A stretch of 64,000 nt of DNA, from positions 151,652,001-151,716,000 of the forward strand of contig NC_090325.1 of assembly GCF_035084215.1 (NCBI RefSeq), read 5' to 3'. Shown one piece after another: positions 38,193 to 49,655 of the stretch (position 1 is the first letter of the stretch; every line of letters starts with the position of its first letter). The notes below the pieces were generated by a model. It was given only the letters and a program-made list of their open reading frames with translations. It was not told the origin of the DNA and made no database searches. The translations under genes and the position numbers were made by a program. The DNA comes from Heptranchias perlo. Lineage: Eukaryota.

Positions 38193-39934
38193 ATTTAAAA
38201 TAAATTTGTTGGACTATAACTTGGTGTTGTAAAATTGTTTACAATTGTCAACCCCAGTCCATCACCGGCATCTCCACAACAAAGATTGGTGGCAATGTAA
38301 GCAGTGTAGATGAAAACATAAAATTACAAAGCGATATTGATAGATTAGGTGAATGGGCAAAACTGTGACAAATGGAATTCATGTAGACAAATGTAAGGTC
38401 ATCCACTTTGGATCAAAAAAGGATAGAACAGGGTACTTTCTAAATGGTAAAAAGTTAAAAACAGTGGATGTCCAAAGGGACTTAGGGGTCCAGGTACATA
38501 GATCATTGAAGTGTCATGAACAGGTGCAGAAAATAATCAAGAAGGCTAATGGAATGCTGGCCTTTATATCTAGAGGACTAGAGTACAAGGGGGCAGAAGT
38601 TATGCTGCAGCTATACAAAACCCTGGTTAGACCACACCTGGAGTACTGTGAGCAGTTCTGGGCACCGCACCTTCGGAAGGATATATTGGCCTTGGAGTGG
38701 GTGCAGCGTAGGTTTACTAGAATGATACCCGGACTTCAAGGGTTAAGATACGAGGAGAGATTACACAAATTGGGGTTGTATTCTCTAGACTTTCGAAGGT
38801 TAGGGGGTGATCTGATCGAAGTTTATAAGATATTAAGGGGGGTGGATAGAGAGAAACTATTTCCGCTGGTTGGGGATTCTAGGAGTAGGGGGCACAGTCT
38901 AAAAATTAGAGCCAGACCTTTCAGGAGCGAGATTACAAAACATTTCTACACACAAAGGGTGGTAGAAGTTTGGAACTCTCTTCAGCAAACGGCAATTGAT
39001 ACTAGCTCAATTGCTAAATTTAAATCTGAGATAGATAGCTTTTTGGCAACCAAAGGTATTAAGGGATATGGACCAAAGGCAGGTATATGGAGTTAGATCA
39101 CAGATCAGCCATCAAAATGGCGGAGCTGGCACGAGGGGCTGAATGGCTACTCCTGTTCCTATGTTACCATCCCGACTTGGAAATATATCGCCGTTCCTTC
39201 ATCGTCGCTGGCTCAAAATCCTGGAATTCTCTTCCTCACAGCACTGTGGGAGAACCTTCAGCACATGGACTGCAGCGGTTCAAGAAGGCAGCTCACCACC
39301 ACCTTCTCGAGGGCAATTAGGGATGGGAAATAAATGCTGGCCTCACCATCGACACCCACATCCCATGAACGAATATAAAAAAGTGCCAAGCAACATTCAC
39401 ACCACAGAAGTGCCAGGCAATGACCATCTCCAATAAGAGAGAGTCTAACCACCTCCTCTTGACATTCAATAGCATTACCATTACCAAATCCCCCACAATC
39501 AACATCCTGAGCACCACATTGACCAGAAACTCAACTGGACCAGCCACATAAATGCCATGGCTACAAGAGCAGGTCAGATGCCAAGCATTCTGCAGCGAGT
39601 GGCTCAATGCCTGACCCTCCAAAGCCCACTACCACAAGGCACAAGTGAAGAGAGTGATGGAATGCTCTCCATTTGCCTGGATGGGTGCAGCAGCAACACC
39701 ACTCAAGAAGCTTGACACCTTCCAGGACAAAGCAGTCTGCTTGATTGGCAGCCCATCCACCACCTTAAACAACCACTCCCTCCACCACCAGCACACCAAG
39801 GTTGCATTGTCTATTATCTACAGGATGCACCACAGCAACTTGGCAACACTCCTTCGACAGCACCTCGCAAACCCGTGACCTCTACCACCTAGAAGGGCAA
39901 GGGCAGCAGGCGCACGGGAACACCATCGCTTCTA

Positions 39935-42570
39935 AATCAAAAGCAAAATACTGCGGATGCTGAAAATCTGAAATAAAAACAGAAAATGCTGGAGAAACTC
40001 AGCAAGTCAGGTAGCATCTGTGGAGAAAGAAACAGTTAATAGACCCGATATTAGAGGAGGGCGGCGGGTTCGCAGCGGGGGGGGTCGACTGGGCACGTGG
40101 GTAACGCGCCCAGTGAAATCGGGTGCCGCACGCAATCGCAGGCTAATTGGAGCCACTTTCCTGTGCTTCCAAGTTTTGCGCTGGAAAGCTGCGCAGCGGG
40201 CGGACTGCGCATTTGCAGCAAAGGCTGTCAGCTGGAGGAGCCCTATTTAAAGGGGCGGTCCTCCACTGGCTGATGCGGCAGGAAATAGGAAAAATTACAG
40301 CATGGAGCAGCCCAGGGGGAAGGCTGCTCCCAGGTTTAATGATGCCTCACTCCAGGTATTATTTGATGGGGTGAGGAGGAGGAGGAGGACAGAGATCTTC
40401 TCCCCGGCAGGCGGGAGGAAGCGGCCTGCCTCTGCCACCAAGAAGGCCTGGCTCGAGGTGGCAGAGGACGTCACCTGCACCACCAACATATCGCACATCT
40501 GCATACAGTGCAGGAGGCACTTCAATCACCTAAGTAGGTCAGCCGAAGTGAGTACACTTACTCATTCTCCTACACTCCGTCTGCCACATCACCGCCCCCA
40601 CCCCATATCTCCTTCTGCACTGCCAACACTACTCTATCACATCACTCCTCACACCCACTCAAAAGTCATCCTCATCTTACCTGCACTTACTCACCTCGCC
40701 AGTACTCATCCCAATCCTCATACAATCTCATGCTCACCCTCTCATGCATCTCTTTCACGGTCAGCCTCATTCAACCTGCCACGACCTGTGCTGCAGCCAC
40801 AGGGCATGCATCACATATGTGTACTAGGAAGCGTAAGGCAAACATGTCGTGAGCATGAAGGGGATGCACAAGGGTGTTTGAGGGTTTGTCATGGTTTTTA
40901 CCTATTTTTAATTTCTGATCAACTCACATAACATATTATATTGTCACCACTACTGCCAAATCTTATCCGGTTTGTGCAATAATGCCCTCTCCTGAGGATC
41001 ACTATGAGGACCCACAACTGATGCCACCCATTGTGTCACTGCAGAGTGGTTGTAGGTGTATTTGCAGGGCTCTTTTGTGCAGAGGACTGAGAGATGTCGG
41101 CGATGTCCCCGGTGGCACCCTGGGAGGATGCGGAGAAGTCGTTGAGGGCAGTGGTGACTTTGACAGCAACAGGTAAGAAGGTGGTGCTCGGGCCAGCCGG
41201 GAGCAGCTCGGCGCGAAGGAGGCTGCAGATGTCCACGACTACATGTCAAGTGACTCTGAGCCTCCGTGTGCACTGCTGCTCAGAGGTGTCCAGGCAGCTG
41301 AGCCTCGGTCTGTAGGCCCTGTGGCGAGGGTAGTGCCTTCGGCTACGCATCTCTCTCTGCTGTTGCCCTCCGTCCTGCTGTGCAGGTGGATGTGTCACAG
41401 CACTGTGTCATGGGACTCCACGTGTCAGAGGTGGACGGCGTGGCTAGTGATGCTGTTCGTCCTCCGAGGAGGTCATGACTGCAGCTACGGCGGCCCCCAT
41501 CCGGAAGATGTACATTTGAGGGGGTCCACAAGGTAGGTAAGTGTGTCTGGACACCGGGGTAAGTGTGCAAGTTGGTGAATTTTATGGTTGTGAGGAGGGT
41601 GGTGGAGGCCAAACTTTGTCCAAAGTGACAGAGTGGCCTCCTGCAATGAGTGAGGGTCTCCACACCACCCCCCCCCCACACCTGTCAAATGGACCTTTGC
41701 AGCTGCCACAGGCTGATGGCTGCAACACGTCCATTTCAACTTGGAGTGTTTCCCCCAGTACGGGAAACGGTCCCAGTTGTTTGGAAAATCCCACCCCTCC
41801 TAAAACATCATGTTAATCAGATCTCTAAATGACCTGAAGTACCGAAATGATTACCTTAAGCGGCACCCCGCCGGCTTTAATTGCTGGCGGAAGTTCCACA
41901 TGCGGGGGCTACACGCGCTTGTCAGCGAGTCACTGGCGAACCCAGAAGTGGGTGGGTTGGAGCCGGGCTCCAGACCCGCCCCGGGAATCCCTGATTTTCA
42001 CAGCCCCCTCGCCACGAACGCACCTGCTCAGGGGTGCGAAAATCGAGCCCATTGTTTCAGGTCAAAGACTTTGTCAGAACTGGAAGATGTTGAAAGAATT
42101 AAAGTACAGAGTCAGGGAAAGGCTTCGGGGGGGGAGGGGAAAGAGAGGGGAGGAAAGAGCAAAAGGGAGACTCTGTGATAGGGTAGAGGGCAAGAGAGAT
42201 TAAATGACAAAAGGGATGATGGTGCAAGGCAAGGAAGGTGGTATTAGGACAGGTTAAGAAACAAAAGGTTAGTCAGGAGTAGCTGTAAATGGCAGCAGCA
42301 GAACCATTACCAGCACTTGCTGTCCAAAAAAAATGGGAGCAGTGGTTATGATCTGAAGTTATTGAAATCAATGTTGACTCCGGAAGGTTGTAAAGTGCCT
42401 AAACAAAAGATGAGATGCTGTTCCTCGAGCTTACGTTGAGCTTCAGTGGAACAGAGGTCAGAGTGGGAGCGGGACAGGGAAATTAAAATTAATTAATAAA
42501 ATTGATTCCCGTCCCACTTCTGACCATTTTAATTCCCTGTCCCACTCCCACTCTGACCATTTTAATTCCC
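39935..42570 (-). mobile_element. Second-family Penelope-like remnant (pLTR and GIY-YIG C-terminus), split by a Harbinger derivative
   Basis: Minus strand 42340-42490 reads AQRKLEEQHLIFCLGTLQPSGVNIDFNNFRS*. pLTR at 39935-40040 and 42051-42085 with a degenerate CTGA...GACCT-GAAAC hammerhead. Small inversion at 42505-42570. Confidence 0.7.
40041..42050. mobile_element. Non-autonomous Harbinger derivative (2.0 kb), same orientation as 4376-8626
   Basis: TIRs agacccgatatt / aaaatcgagccc; TSD aat/att. Open Myb exon 1 (40302-40547). Transposase N-terminal half only. Confidence 0.9.
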
Positions 42571-42879
42571 ACCTTCTCTACTGCTTTCTTTTTGGTGGCC
42601 ACCGAAGGGCCTCCTCCCCACACCTAATATCACCATTCCATTCCCACTCAGTCCCATTTCAGCGGGCCTCTGACTCCTCTGTTTGGCCCCATTCTGCACT
42701 ATTGCTGCGGTCCATGGTTCTTCACATTGTTGCTGCTCTGGCTGTTCAGTCTACCAAAAGTATTCAAACTGTCCATTATTCATTTGGGACGTCTTGATTA
42801 ATACAGTCTCCAAAAGCTCCCCAGTGAGTATTCTCCATGTCTCTAGTGTTTTCTGAATAAATTACGATATTAGTGGCAA

Positions 42880-43330
42880 TTTAATTCATTAAATTATCTG
42901 TATCAGTAAATGGAATGCACTGAATTCTGTAAATAATGTCTGTTTGAGTGAATGAAATCCAATCAATTATATTCTCCATGCCTGAATGAGTGTTATTAAA
43001 TAATACTCCAAATTCAATCCAATGAATTCATTAAATTTTGTGTGAATAGAATGTACCAAATTCTTTAAATAATGTCTGTCTGAATGAATCAAATTTGATC
43101 ATGTTTCTCATTAATTTGAGTTGAATAAATTCATTAAATCATACCTAGCTAAGTGAATGGGATGGACTGAGTTTAAGTGATTTTTGCTGAGCGAATCAAA
43201 TCCAACAAATTGTTAAATAATCCATTCCTCAGTTAATTAAATCCAACAAATTCATTACATAATGTGTCGCTCAGTGAACACAATCCAGCAAATTTATTGC
43301 ATAATCTGTGGCTCTGTGAAATCCAGTGAG
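42880..43330. repeat. Degenerate minisatellite, unit ca. 40-42 bp, roughly 10-11 copies
   Basis: Recurrent aattcattaaataat....ctgagtgaat.aaatccaac. Confidence 0.65.
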
Positions 43331-43937
43331 ACCTCTCAGCTCATTACACCAATACTCATTAACCACCCGCCACATACTAACTACTCTATCCAAGATTCAT
43401 CACTTTCTCCAAATCATATTATCCCACATGCCTAATCTTCATCACTAACTACCCCACCCCCCCAAATACTCAATACCCATAGTACTCCCTGCAATTAATT
43501 AGATCTTCCTATCCTTTCACTACTCAATACTCTACCTTCAATAACCATCTCCCCAAATCCTCAATTATTTTCTATGCCAACTACTCTCCTTTATCCTGAA
43601 ACATATTACCCCAACATTCATCTTATTTCCCCAGTCCCTCAAACTACTCCCACCCCCCCAAATCATCACAATCAATATCCCCCAAAAACCAGGACTTCTC
43701 ACTTACCGACACCACGCTAGTACCCCTTCCTCATGAATCATTGTATCTTCTGTCTTCTTTTCAGCAACTCAACTGACAATGCACTAGTAAGAACAAAGTC
43801 TGCTTTGAGGACAAAATATATCTCAAGACTTAGTAACAATTGATAGACCATTTTAATTTTGATTTCACTGTTTCGAACCACTTATGTATTAGTACCTTGC
43901 TGTACACCTAAACCATGCATCTCTCAACATCCATAAT

Positions 43938-44375
43938 TTTTTTAATTCATTCTCAGGATGTGGACGTCGCTGGCAAGGTTGGCATTTATTGCCCGTGTCT
44001 AGTTGCCCGGACGTGGTGGTGGTGGAGTTTCTGTTGTGGTTTTATACAATTAAGTGGCTTGCAGAGAGCAGTTAAGAGTCAACCACATTGGCGTGGGACT
44101 GAGTCATATCGAGTACAGACCAGTATGGACGGCAGGTTTCCCTCCCTGAAGGGCATTAGTGAACCAGTTGGGGTTTTTTTTTACAACAAACAAACAGCTG
44201 TTGTGGTCACTTTTACTGGTGCCAGCTTTGTATTTCCAGATTTTGTTTTAAAAACTTTAAAAATGTAAAATTTCTCACACTGCAATGCTGGAATTTGAAC
44301 ACACGTCTTCTGGATTATTTGTCCAGACCTCCAGATTACTAGTTCAGTAATCACTACAATGCCGTATGTACCCTG
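43938..44375 (-). mobile_element. tRNA-headed SINE with LINE-family-B 3' tail
   Basis: B-box-like gttcaaattcc. Tail gggcaataaatgccaaccttgccagcgacgtccacatcc plus poly-A. Confidence 0.75.
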
Positions 44376-45021
44376 CAATTAAGAGTTAGTATACCCAAAA
44401 CCCCAAATGGCCACGGTAATATAAACAAGTAGTCTGGTGGAGAAGGGAGGGTATCTATATAATTATAATGGATTGTGTATTTCATTCATATTTCCTGTCA
44501 CTACATAATACCATGGATTTTTATCCTAATAGAAAGTAGGAAATTGTCTCTATTTTATCTAAATATTAACTGGGGAATTATTTGGCAATATGGACATGTG
44601 TATTTTTATATTATGTGAAAAGCTATTGCACAATTTAAAATCAAAAAGTTCCAAGTGGCACAGCATTCTATAACACAGCCCATTCTGGAACCTGGGTGTG
44701 AATCTTTTATTCCAAAATGGTGGCATGAAAGACCCCTCTTGCTGTTAGCTGTAAATGTCAAGTTAAATTGGCTTGTCCAGTCTCAAATCAGTTCCATGTA
44801 AATATCAACCTAAAGCGCAAAACTGCTCTTAATTCAGCACTAAACAGTCTCATTCAGAGTCCACAAGGATTGTTCCAGTGGAATACGAAAATGTCACATT
44901 GATGCAGTAGGTGGTGCTCTTCTAAAACTGTGGTTAAGGCACACTGCTGGATCAAAATAAAGGGACCTTTTGCCCTCTAAGCCAAGCTATACAAAATCTG
45001 GGAGTACTTGAAGTTGGCACT

Positions 45022-45082
45022 GTCATTTCTGCACCTTTCTCCAACAAAATAAAATGACCTTTTGCAAATGCCCCAAATAGTC
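45022..45082 (-). pseudogene. Candidate decayed ankyrin-repeat exon
   Basis: After acceptor ttatgtag|: YLGHLQKV then, with a 1-nt frameshift, LLEKGAEMT. Confidence 0.35.
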
Positions 45083-45679
45083 CTACATAATGTCTTGATC
45101 TATTTACTCACTCAATATACAGTATTCAAACTCAGTCCAAGCAATAAGCTGCTTACTGCTACTTCCCAACATCTAGAATCAAAAACATTCTCCAAATACA
45201 CAACTCAACGAGGTAAGTGAGCAAACTATACTTATATTCTTGTTACAGTTCATACCAGAGAGGATTAGAAACAAAAACTAGCTAAATCAGCATTCCAAAC
45301 ACTGAATTTTTGGTTTTGGGGAACTGCACTATGAGTCAGTATCTGGGACTTTTTGGCTTCTTCCAACCTATCATTTACATGGGCCAAACTGTACACTTGT
45401 GCAAGCTTTTTTTTTCCCCAAAAGATGTTTCTCAGCAAAGCGATAAATGATTGATGACAAAAGACACCAGCACTCTAATAGTCTATTGTAAACGCACAGC
45501 AGCTCTCCACAGAACAGTGTCACCAAAACAAGGCCTTTCTTACATATATTTCACGTTAAATGATTTACGAGTTAATTACACAAAATATTAAGCATGAAAG
45601 TGGTACACCAACCAAGTTGATTTTAATTTTAAAGTAATATATTAACATCTAGAGTTGTGATGTGAAAGTATAAACAAGA

Positions 45680-47335
45680 ATAACAGAGTCCACAGCACAG
45701 AAACAAGCCAAACGGCCCAACTGGTCTACGCCGGCGTTTATGCTCCACACGAGCCTCCTCCCTTCCTACTTAATCTAACCCTATCAGCATACCCTTCTAT
45801 TCCTTTCTCCCTTGTGTGCTTATCTAGCTTCTGCTTAAATGTATCTATGCTGTTTGCCTCAATTACTCCTTGCAGTAGCGTGTTGAACATTCTTACCACT
45901 CTTTGGGTAAAGAAGTTTCTCCCGAATTCCCTATTGGATTTATTAGTGACTATCCTATATTTATGTCCTCTAGTTTTGGACTCCCCACAAATGGAAACAT
46001 TTTCTCTACATCTACCCTATCAAACCCTCTCATTATCTTAAAGACCTCCATCAGGTCACCCCTCAGCCTTCTCTTTTCTAGAGAAAAGAGCCCAAGCCTG
46101 TTCAGCCTTTCCTGATAAGTATATCCTCTCAGTCCTTGTGAATCTTTTTTGCTCCTTTTCAATGTCTCTATATCCTTTTTATAATATGGAGACCACAACT
46201 GGTCACAGTACCCCAAGTGTGGTCTAACCAAGGTTCTATACAAGTTTAACATAATTTCTCTGCTTTTCAATTCTATCCCTTTAGAAATGAACCCCAGTGC
46301 TGGGTTTGCCTTTTTTATGGCCTTATTAACCTGTGTCGCTACTTTTAGTGATTTGCACATCTGTACCCCGAGATCCCTTTGCTCTTCTACCCCATTTAGA
46401 CTTATTATCCAAGCAGTACGTGGCCTCCTTATTCTTGCTACCAAAATGCACCATATCACACTAATCTATGTTGAAATTCATTTGCCAATTACACATCCAT
46501 TCTGCAAGTTTATTAATGTCTTCGTGTATTTTGACGTATTCTTCCTTCATATTAACTACACCCCAAATTTGGTGTCGTTCTCAAATTTTGAAATTGTACT
46601 TCCGATTCCCCAATCCAAATTGTTAATGTAAATTGTGAACAACAGTGGTCCCAGCAGTGATCCCTGTGGAACATCACTTCCAACCTTTTGCCAGTCTGAC
46701 TAGCTACCTTAACCCCTACTCTGTTTTCTGTTTTGGAGGCAGCTTGCTGTCCATCCTGCTACCCATCCCCTGACTCCACAAGCTCTGACCTTAGTCATGA
46801 GACTACTCATCAAAGGCCTTTTGAAAATCCAAATACACTACATCTACTGCATTATCCTTATCTACTCTTTCTGTTACTTCTTCAAAGAATTAAACAAGGT
46901 TGGTCAAGTATGACATTCCCTTCTGAAATCCGTGCTGACTACTCTATGATATTTTTGTTTTCTAAATGTTTTTGAATGAAGGTTCCATTATCTTTCCTAC
47001 CACTGACGTCCATCCCACAGCCTACATCCTTAACCTCACAGATAGCAAGTACATTATACCAGTTGGATAGGACCAGTGTCTGCAGGACCTCCTTTTCGAC
47101 CTCCCCTTGGTTCCCCTGACCCTGCTGACTAAGTCACACTCTCCCCTTCCTGTACCTGTGCTTTCCTCTGAGGTACGACTGTACTCTGGAGAAAACTATC
47201 TAAAAATCCTCCCCCTCCTTTATGTGTCGGAGTGTCTCTAATTCTCTAATTTCAAGGCAGAAACATTTCCTGCAGATGTGGCAATCCAGGACAGTCTCAC
47301 TGTCCACAAACTCCCACATATCACAGTCCCAACAC
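45680..47335 (-). mobile_element. CR1 LINE (3' RT part plus deleted upstream/ORF1 pieces)
   Basis: ORF 45950-46459 with RDLGV, LVRPHL, RLRGDL; CR1 3' tail at 45680-45790. Confidence 0.85.
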
Positions 47336-47338
47336 ATA

Positions 47339-49378
47339 GGCCTCCATTTTAGCACCCGCTATCGGGTGCGTTCCTGGCGGGGGGCTCCGAAAATCGGGGA
47401 ATCCCGGAGCGGGTCGGGAGCCCGGCTCCAACCCGCCCACTTCCGTGTTCCCCAAAGAGCCACCGACGTGCACGCGCAGCCCCCGCATGTGGGACTCCCG
47501 CAGGCAATTAAAGCCGGCGGGGTCCCACTTGAGACTATTTACCGAGGTATTTCAGGTCATTAACAAACCTGATTAAGGGAATATGTCAGGAGGGGTGGGA
47601 TTTTAGAAACAACTGGGACTGTTTCCCATACTGGGGGAAACAGTCCCAGTTGAAATGGACGTGTTGCAGCTATCAGCCTGTGGCAGCTGCAAAGGACCAT
47701 TTGACAGGTGGGGGGGAGACCCTCATTCATTGCAGGAGGCCACTCTGTCACTTGGAACAAAGTTTGGCCTCCACCACCCTCCTCCTGACAATCAAATTCA
47801 CCAACTTGCACACTTACCCCGGGGTCCAGAGACATATACCTACCTTGCGGACCCCCTCAGATGTACATCTTCCGGATGGGGGCCGCCGTAGCTGCAGTCA
47901 TGACCTCCTCGGAGGGCAAACAGCATCACCAGCCTCGCCGGCCGTGGAGCTCCACAACACAGTGCTGTGACACATCCACCTGCACAGCAGGAGGGAGGGC
48001 AACCGCAGAGAGAGATGCGTCGCAGGGGGCACGACCCTCGCCACAGGGTCCACAGACCGAGGCTCAGCTTCCTGGACCTCTCTGAGCAGCAGTGCACACA
48101 GAGGCTCAGAGTCACTCGACATGTAGTTGTGGACATCTGCAGCCTCCTTCATGCCGAACTGCTCCCGGCTGGCGCGAGCACCATCTTCTTACCTGTCACT
48201 GTCAACGTCACCACTGCCCTCAACAACTTCTCCTCCGCATCCTTCCAGCGTGCCACCGGGGACATCGCTGACGTCTCTCAGTCGTCTGCTCAAAAGAGCC
48301 CTGCAAATACACCTACACCCACTTTGCAGTGACACAATGGGTGGCATCACGTGTGGGTCTTCATTGTGATCCTCAGGGAAGGGCATTATTGCACAAACCA
48401 GACAAGATTCACAAAGACGTGGCAGTAGTGGTGACAATATAATATGTTATGTGAGTTGATCAGAAATTAAATATAAGTAAAAACCATGACAAACCCTCAA
48501 ACACCCTTGTGCATCCCCTTCATGCTTACGACACGTTTGCCTTACGCTTCCTACTGCACATATGTGATGCATGCGCTGTGGCTGCAGCACAGGTAGTGGC
48601 AGGTTGAATGAGGCTGACCGTGAAAGAGATGCATGAGAGGGTGAGTATGAGATAAAGCCATGAGATTGTATGAGGATTGGGTTGAGTGGTAGCGGCGGGA
48701 TGAGTACTGGCGAGGTGAGTAAGTGCAGGTAAGATGAGGATGAGGTTTGAGTGGGTGTGAGGGGTGATGTGACAGAGTAGTGTTGGCAGTGCAGAAGGAG
48801 ATGTGGGGTGGGGGCGGTGATGTGGCAGACGGAGTGTAGGGAATGAGTAAGTGGCTGACCTACTTAGGGCATTGCAGCGCCTCCTGCATTGTATGCAGGT
48901 GGGCAATATGTTGGTGGTGCAGGTGACCTCCTCTGCCACCTCGAGCCAGGCCTTCTTGGTGGCAGAGGCAGGCCGCTTCCTCCTGCCCGCCGGGGGTGGG
49001 GGGGGGGGGGGGGGGGGAGATCTCTATCCTCCCCCTCCTCCTCACTCCATCTAATGATACCTGGAGTGAGGCATCATTAAACTGGGAGCAGCCTTCCCCC
49101 TGGGCTGCTCCATGCTCTAATTTTTCCTATTTGTTGCAGCATCTGTCAGTGGAGGACTGCCCCTTCAAATAGAGCTCCTCCAGCTGACAGACCTTACTGC
49201 GCATGCGGAGTCCGCCCGACGCGCAGATCAGCAGCGGGGAACCCAGAAGACCAGGTAAGTGGATCCAATTAGGCTGCGATCGCGCACGGGGCAGACTGAT
49301 TTCACTGGGCGCGTTACCCACGCGCCCAATAGCCCCCCCCCCCCGCCGCGAACCCGCAGCCCTGGTAACATCGAGCCC
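47339..49378. mobile_element. Non-autonomous Harbinger derivative (2.04 kb), inverted relative to 40041-42050
   Basis: TIRs ggcctccatttt / aacatcgagccc; TSD ATA (47336-47338, 49379-49381). Same internal deletions as 40041-42050. Confidence 0.92.
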
Positions 49379-49534
49379 ATAGCCTGCAGTGCCAATTCCA
49401 GTTTTTTAAAAATTTATTTATTTATTTAGTAGTAAATTTAATTCTAGATGTAGTCAATTACTTAAGATCTAGATTATATTTAGTAGATGGGTTTAGTTTG
49501 ATTTCAGATTAATTTGTAACTAATTTGCCATAAC

Positions 49535-49655
49535 CTACAAGGCTACAGACCAAGAGCTGTAAAGTGGGATTAGGCTGGATCGCTCTTCTTCAGCCAGCAC
49601 AGACATGATGGGCCGAATGACCTCCTTCTGTGCCGTAAATTTCTATGATTCTAAT
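49535..49655 (+). mobile_element. CR1 3' tail
   Basis: gggccgaatgacctccttctgtgccgtaaatttctatgattcta. Confidence 0.8.

Larger units (their letters stand above)
37435..38278 (+). mobile_element. Penelope-like insertion with ca. 300-bp inverted pLTR arms flanking a GIY-YIG C-terminal fragment
   Basis: Arms ca. 37433-37734 and 37936-38243. Core 37745-37930 encodes GEHFS..GHS...EQKLIAKFRTHEDGLN.D. 13-bp TSD acaaagattggtg (37422-37434, 38279-38291). Confidence 0.93.
36444..39164 (+). mobile_element. CR1 LINE, 5'-truncated, relatively young, interrupted by Penelope
   Basis: ORFs 36400-36957, 36966-37481 ([37 protein letters not shown]) and 38353-39096. Short TSD tacc. Confidence 0.95.
35080..39930 (+). 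mobile_element. Nested LINE cluster: outer family-B LINE (35080-36196, 39383-39930) containing an inner family-B 3' fragment (36197-36443, 39165-39382)
   Basis: The outer reading gctgataa|gtgccaagcaacattc resumes after the inner poly-A. The inner element resumes at accatcccgacttgg after the CR1. Confidence 0.8.

Noticed and set aside
40302-40931. 209-aa ORF as a novel protein
   Set aside because: It is Myb exon 1 reading through a C-rich intron past a GTGAGT donor; the equivalent frame is broken in the 47339-49378 copy.
42880-43330. CRISPR-like array
   Set aside because: Eukaryotic context, degenerate contiguous units, no unique spacers and no cas genes.
44930-45021. Ankyrin-like TPRFCIAWLRGQ extension
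   Set aside because: The DNA resembles a dispersed old repeat also seen at ca. 1940-2010 and 30140-30370, so the peptide similarity is probably coincidental.
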